Virus record (IMG/VR): IMGVR_UViG_3300012348_000042
Location: 1-24,724 of that record
From: a virus
Taxonomy: Duplodnaviria > Caudoviricetes
DNA length: 24,724 bases
Strand: one strand, 5' to 3'
Positions 23,318-24,724 of the stretch are shown here, piece by piece. Both the position numbers and the translations under genes were made by a program. The notes under the pieces were generated by a model. It searched no databases. It was not told the origin of the DNA and saw only the letters and a list, made by a program, of their open reading frames with translations. Position 1 is the stretch's first letter. Each line of letters opens with the position of its first letter.

Positions 23318-24724
23318 CAAGTTCCTCAGGCATATCGCCTGTGATCACTGTGGTAGCTCTGACGCAAACTCGCTGTATGATGACGGCCATACTCACTGCT
23401 TCCAATGCGGTACAACAGAGCATGAACATGAAGCTGAAGATCGACACGTTATTAGACACAACATGGCACGAAAGATCGTGACACCTATGGAAATCAAAGG
23501 ACAATTCAAATCAATCCCCGACCGAGGAATCAGTCAGGCAACTTGTGAGAAATACGGAGTAACGACAGATGGAGACAACCAATATTATCCTTACACTGAC
23601 GCAGCAGGAGTTAGAACGGCTGTTAAACAACGCACTGTTTCTACAAAGAAATTCTCTATCTCAGGAGACTTCAACGGAGCAACTCTATTCGGTCAGTCTC
23701 TCTTTCACGAAGGAGGAAAGGCTCTCACCATCACAGAAGGAGAACTTGATGCTCTCGCAGCTTTCCAGATGCAAGGAAGTCTCTACCCTACAGTGAGCAT
23801 CCGTAATGGCGCTCAGGCAGCGTTAAAGGACTGCAAAGCTCAGTATGAGTGGATCAATACCTTTGACTCTGTAGTCATCTGCTTCGATGCTGATGAGCCG
23901 GGGAAGAAGGCTGCTAAGGAAGTGGCTGAGTTGTTCGGCAACAAGGCCAAGATCATGCAGTACAAGGATGGATACAAGGATGCTTGTGAATACTTGCAAT
24001 CAGGTGCGTCTAAGGAGTTTGTTAATGCTTGGTGGAGGGCTGCTCCTTATGTGCCTGACGGTATTGTCAACGCTGCTGATCTCTGGGAGGAAATCTCCAA
24101 GCCAGAGCCTGTGGCAGAGGCTCAGTACCCTTGGAAAGGCTTGAATAAGCTCTTGTATGGTATCCGCCCATCAGAGTTGATTACAGTCACCGCAGGCAGC
24201 GGGTTAGGTAAGAGTCAGTTCCTTCGGGAGATCTTATACTCCCTGTTGAAGACTACGGAGTGGAACATCGGTGGGCTCTTCCTTGAGGAATCTACTCGTA
24301 AGACAGCACGGAGTATTATGAGTCTCCATGCTAACAAACTGTTACACTTGCCTGATACGCCCACGACTGAACAGGAATTGAAGGAGGCTTTTGATGCCAC
24401 GCTTGGAAGTAATCGTATCTATTTGTTTGATCATTTTGGTAGCAGTGACGTTGACAATATTAGCAATCGAATCCGCTACATGGCTAAGGCTTGTGACTGT
24501 CGGGTGGTTTTTCTTGACCACATCTCTATTGTTGTTAGTGGCCAGGATGTGGGAGATGAGAGAAAGGCCATAGACAACATGATGACCAAGCTACGCACAC
24601 TGGTGCAAGAGCTAAACATTACTCTGATCTGTGTCAGCCACCTTAAACGTCCTCAAGGCAACCAAGGACACGAGGACGGTGGTAGTGTGTCATTGTCACA
24701 GTTGCGAGGCTCTGGAGCCATTGC
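23304..24724 (+). CDS. T7 gp4-like DNA primase-helicase (runs off window end; missing from ORF track)
   Basis: Zn-binding CDHCGSSDANSLYDDGHTHCFQC; TOPRIM ITEGELDALA and CFDADEPG; Walker A TAGSGLGKS (24189 on); FLDHISI, VSHLKRP and LRGSGAI helicase motifs. Confidence 0.95.
   Translation, partial: MSSTSKFLRHIACDHCGSSDANSLYDDGHTHCFQCGTTEHEHEAEDRHVIRHNMARKIVTPMEIKGQFKSIPDRGISQATCEKYGVTTDGDNQYYPYTDAAGVRTAVKQRTVSTKKFSISGDFNGATLFGQSLFHEGGKALTITEGELDALAAFQMQGSLYPTVSIRNGAQAALKDCKAQYEWINTFDSVVICFDADEPGKKAAKEVAELFGNKAKIMQYKDGYKDACEYLQSGASKEFVNAWWRAAPYVPDGIVNAADLWEEISKPEPVAEAQYPWKGLNKLLYGIRPSELITVTAGSGLGKSQFLREILYSLLKTTEWNIGGLFLEESTRKTARSIMSLHANKLLHLPDTPTTEQELKEAFDATLGSNRIYLFDHFGSSDVDNISNRIRYMAKACDCRVVFLDHISIVVSGQDVGDERKAIDNMMTKLRTLVQELNITLICVSHLKRPQGNQGHEDGGSVSLSQLRGSGAI

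Noticed and set aside
23569-24573. Short track ORFs 23569, 23887, 24215 and 24391
   Set aside because: They lie out of frame or antisense within the primase-helicase, which the track missed because it has no stop in the window.

Overview
Part of a podovirus-like tailed phage genome, most likely of a beta/gamma-proteobacterium (inferred from sigma70 promoters, an E. coli-type LexA box and a T5-type M15 endolysin). The minus strand (about 19150 down to 990) carries one continuous late arm: Zn-finger ORF, terminase small and large subunits, portal, scaffold, major capsid, tail fibres, tail tubular/stabilisation proteins, three internal (ejection) proteins and a lysis cassette interrupted by an HNH endonuclease. 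The plus strand carries the divergent early arm (many tiny ORFs, an acidic DNA-mimic-like protein, and a T7 gp4-like primase-helicase running off the right edge). At the left edge it also carries the end of a converging arm (ClpP-like protease, HNH). The most unusual signals are non-coding. Two homologous AT-rich structured elements (19267-19401 minus; 22613-22768 plus) each lie downstream of a 16-bp-spacer sigma70 promoter with an upstream GTTAC(A) direct-repeat box. A repeat-dense control region contains tandem LexA-like boxes. At protein level, a 17-aa motif is duplicated at both termini of an ejection protein, and C-terminal GGxY motifs occur alongside an Mtd-N-like tail fibre. No database searches were run; family calls are from motif recognition.
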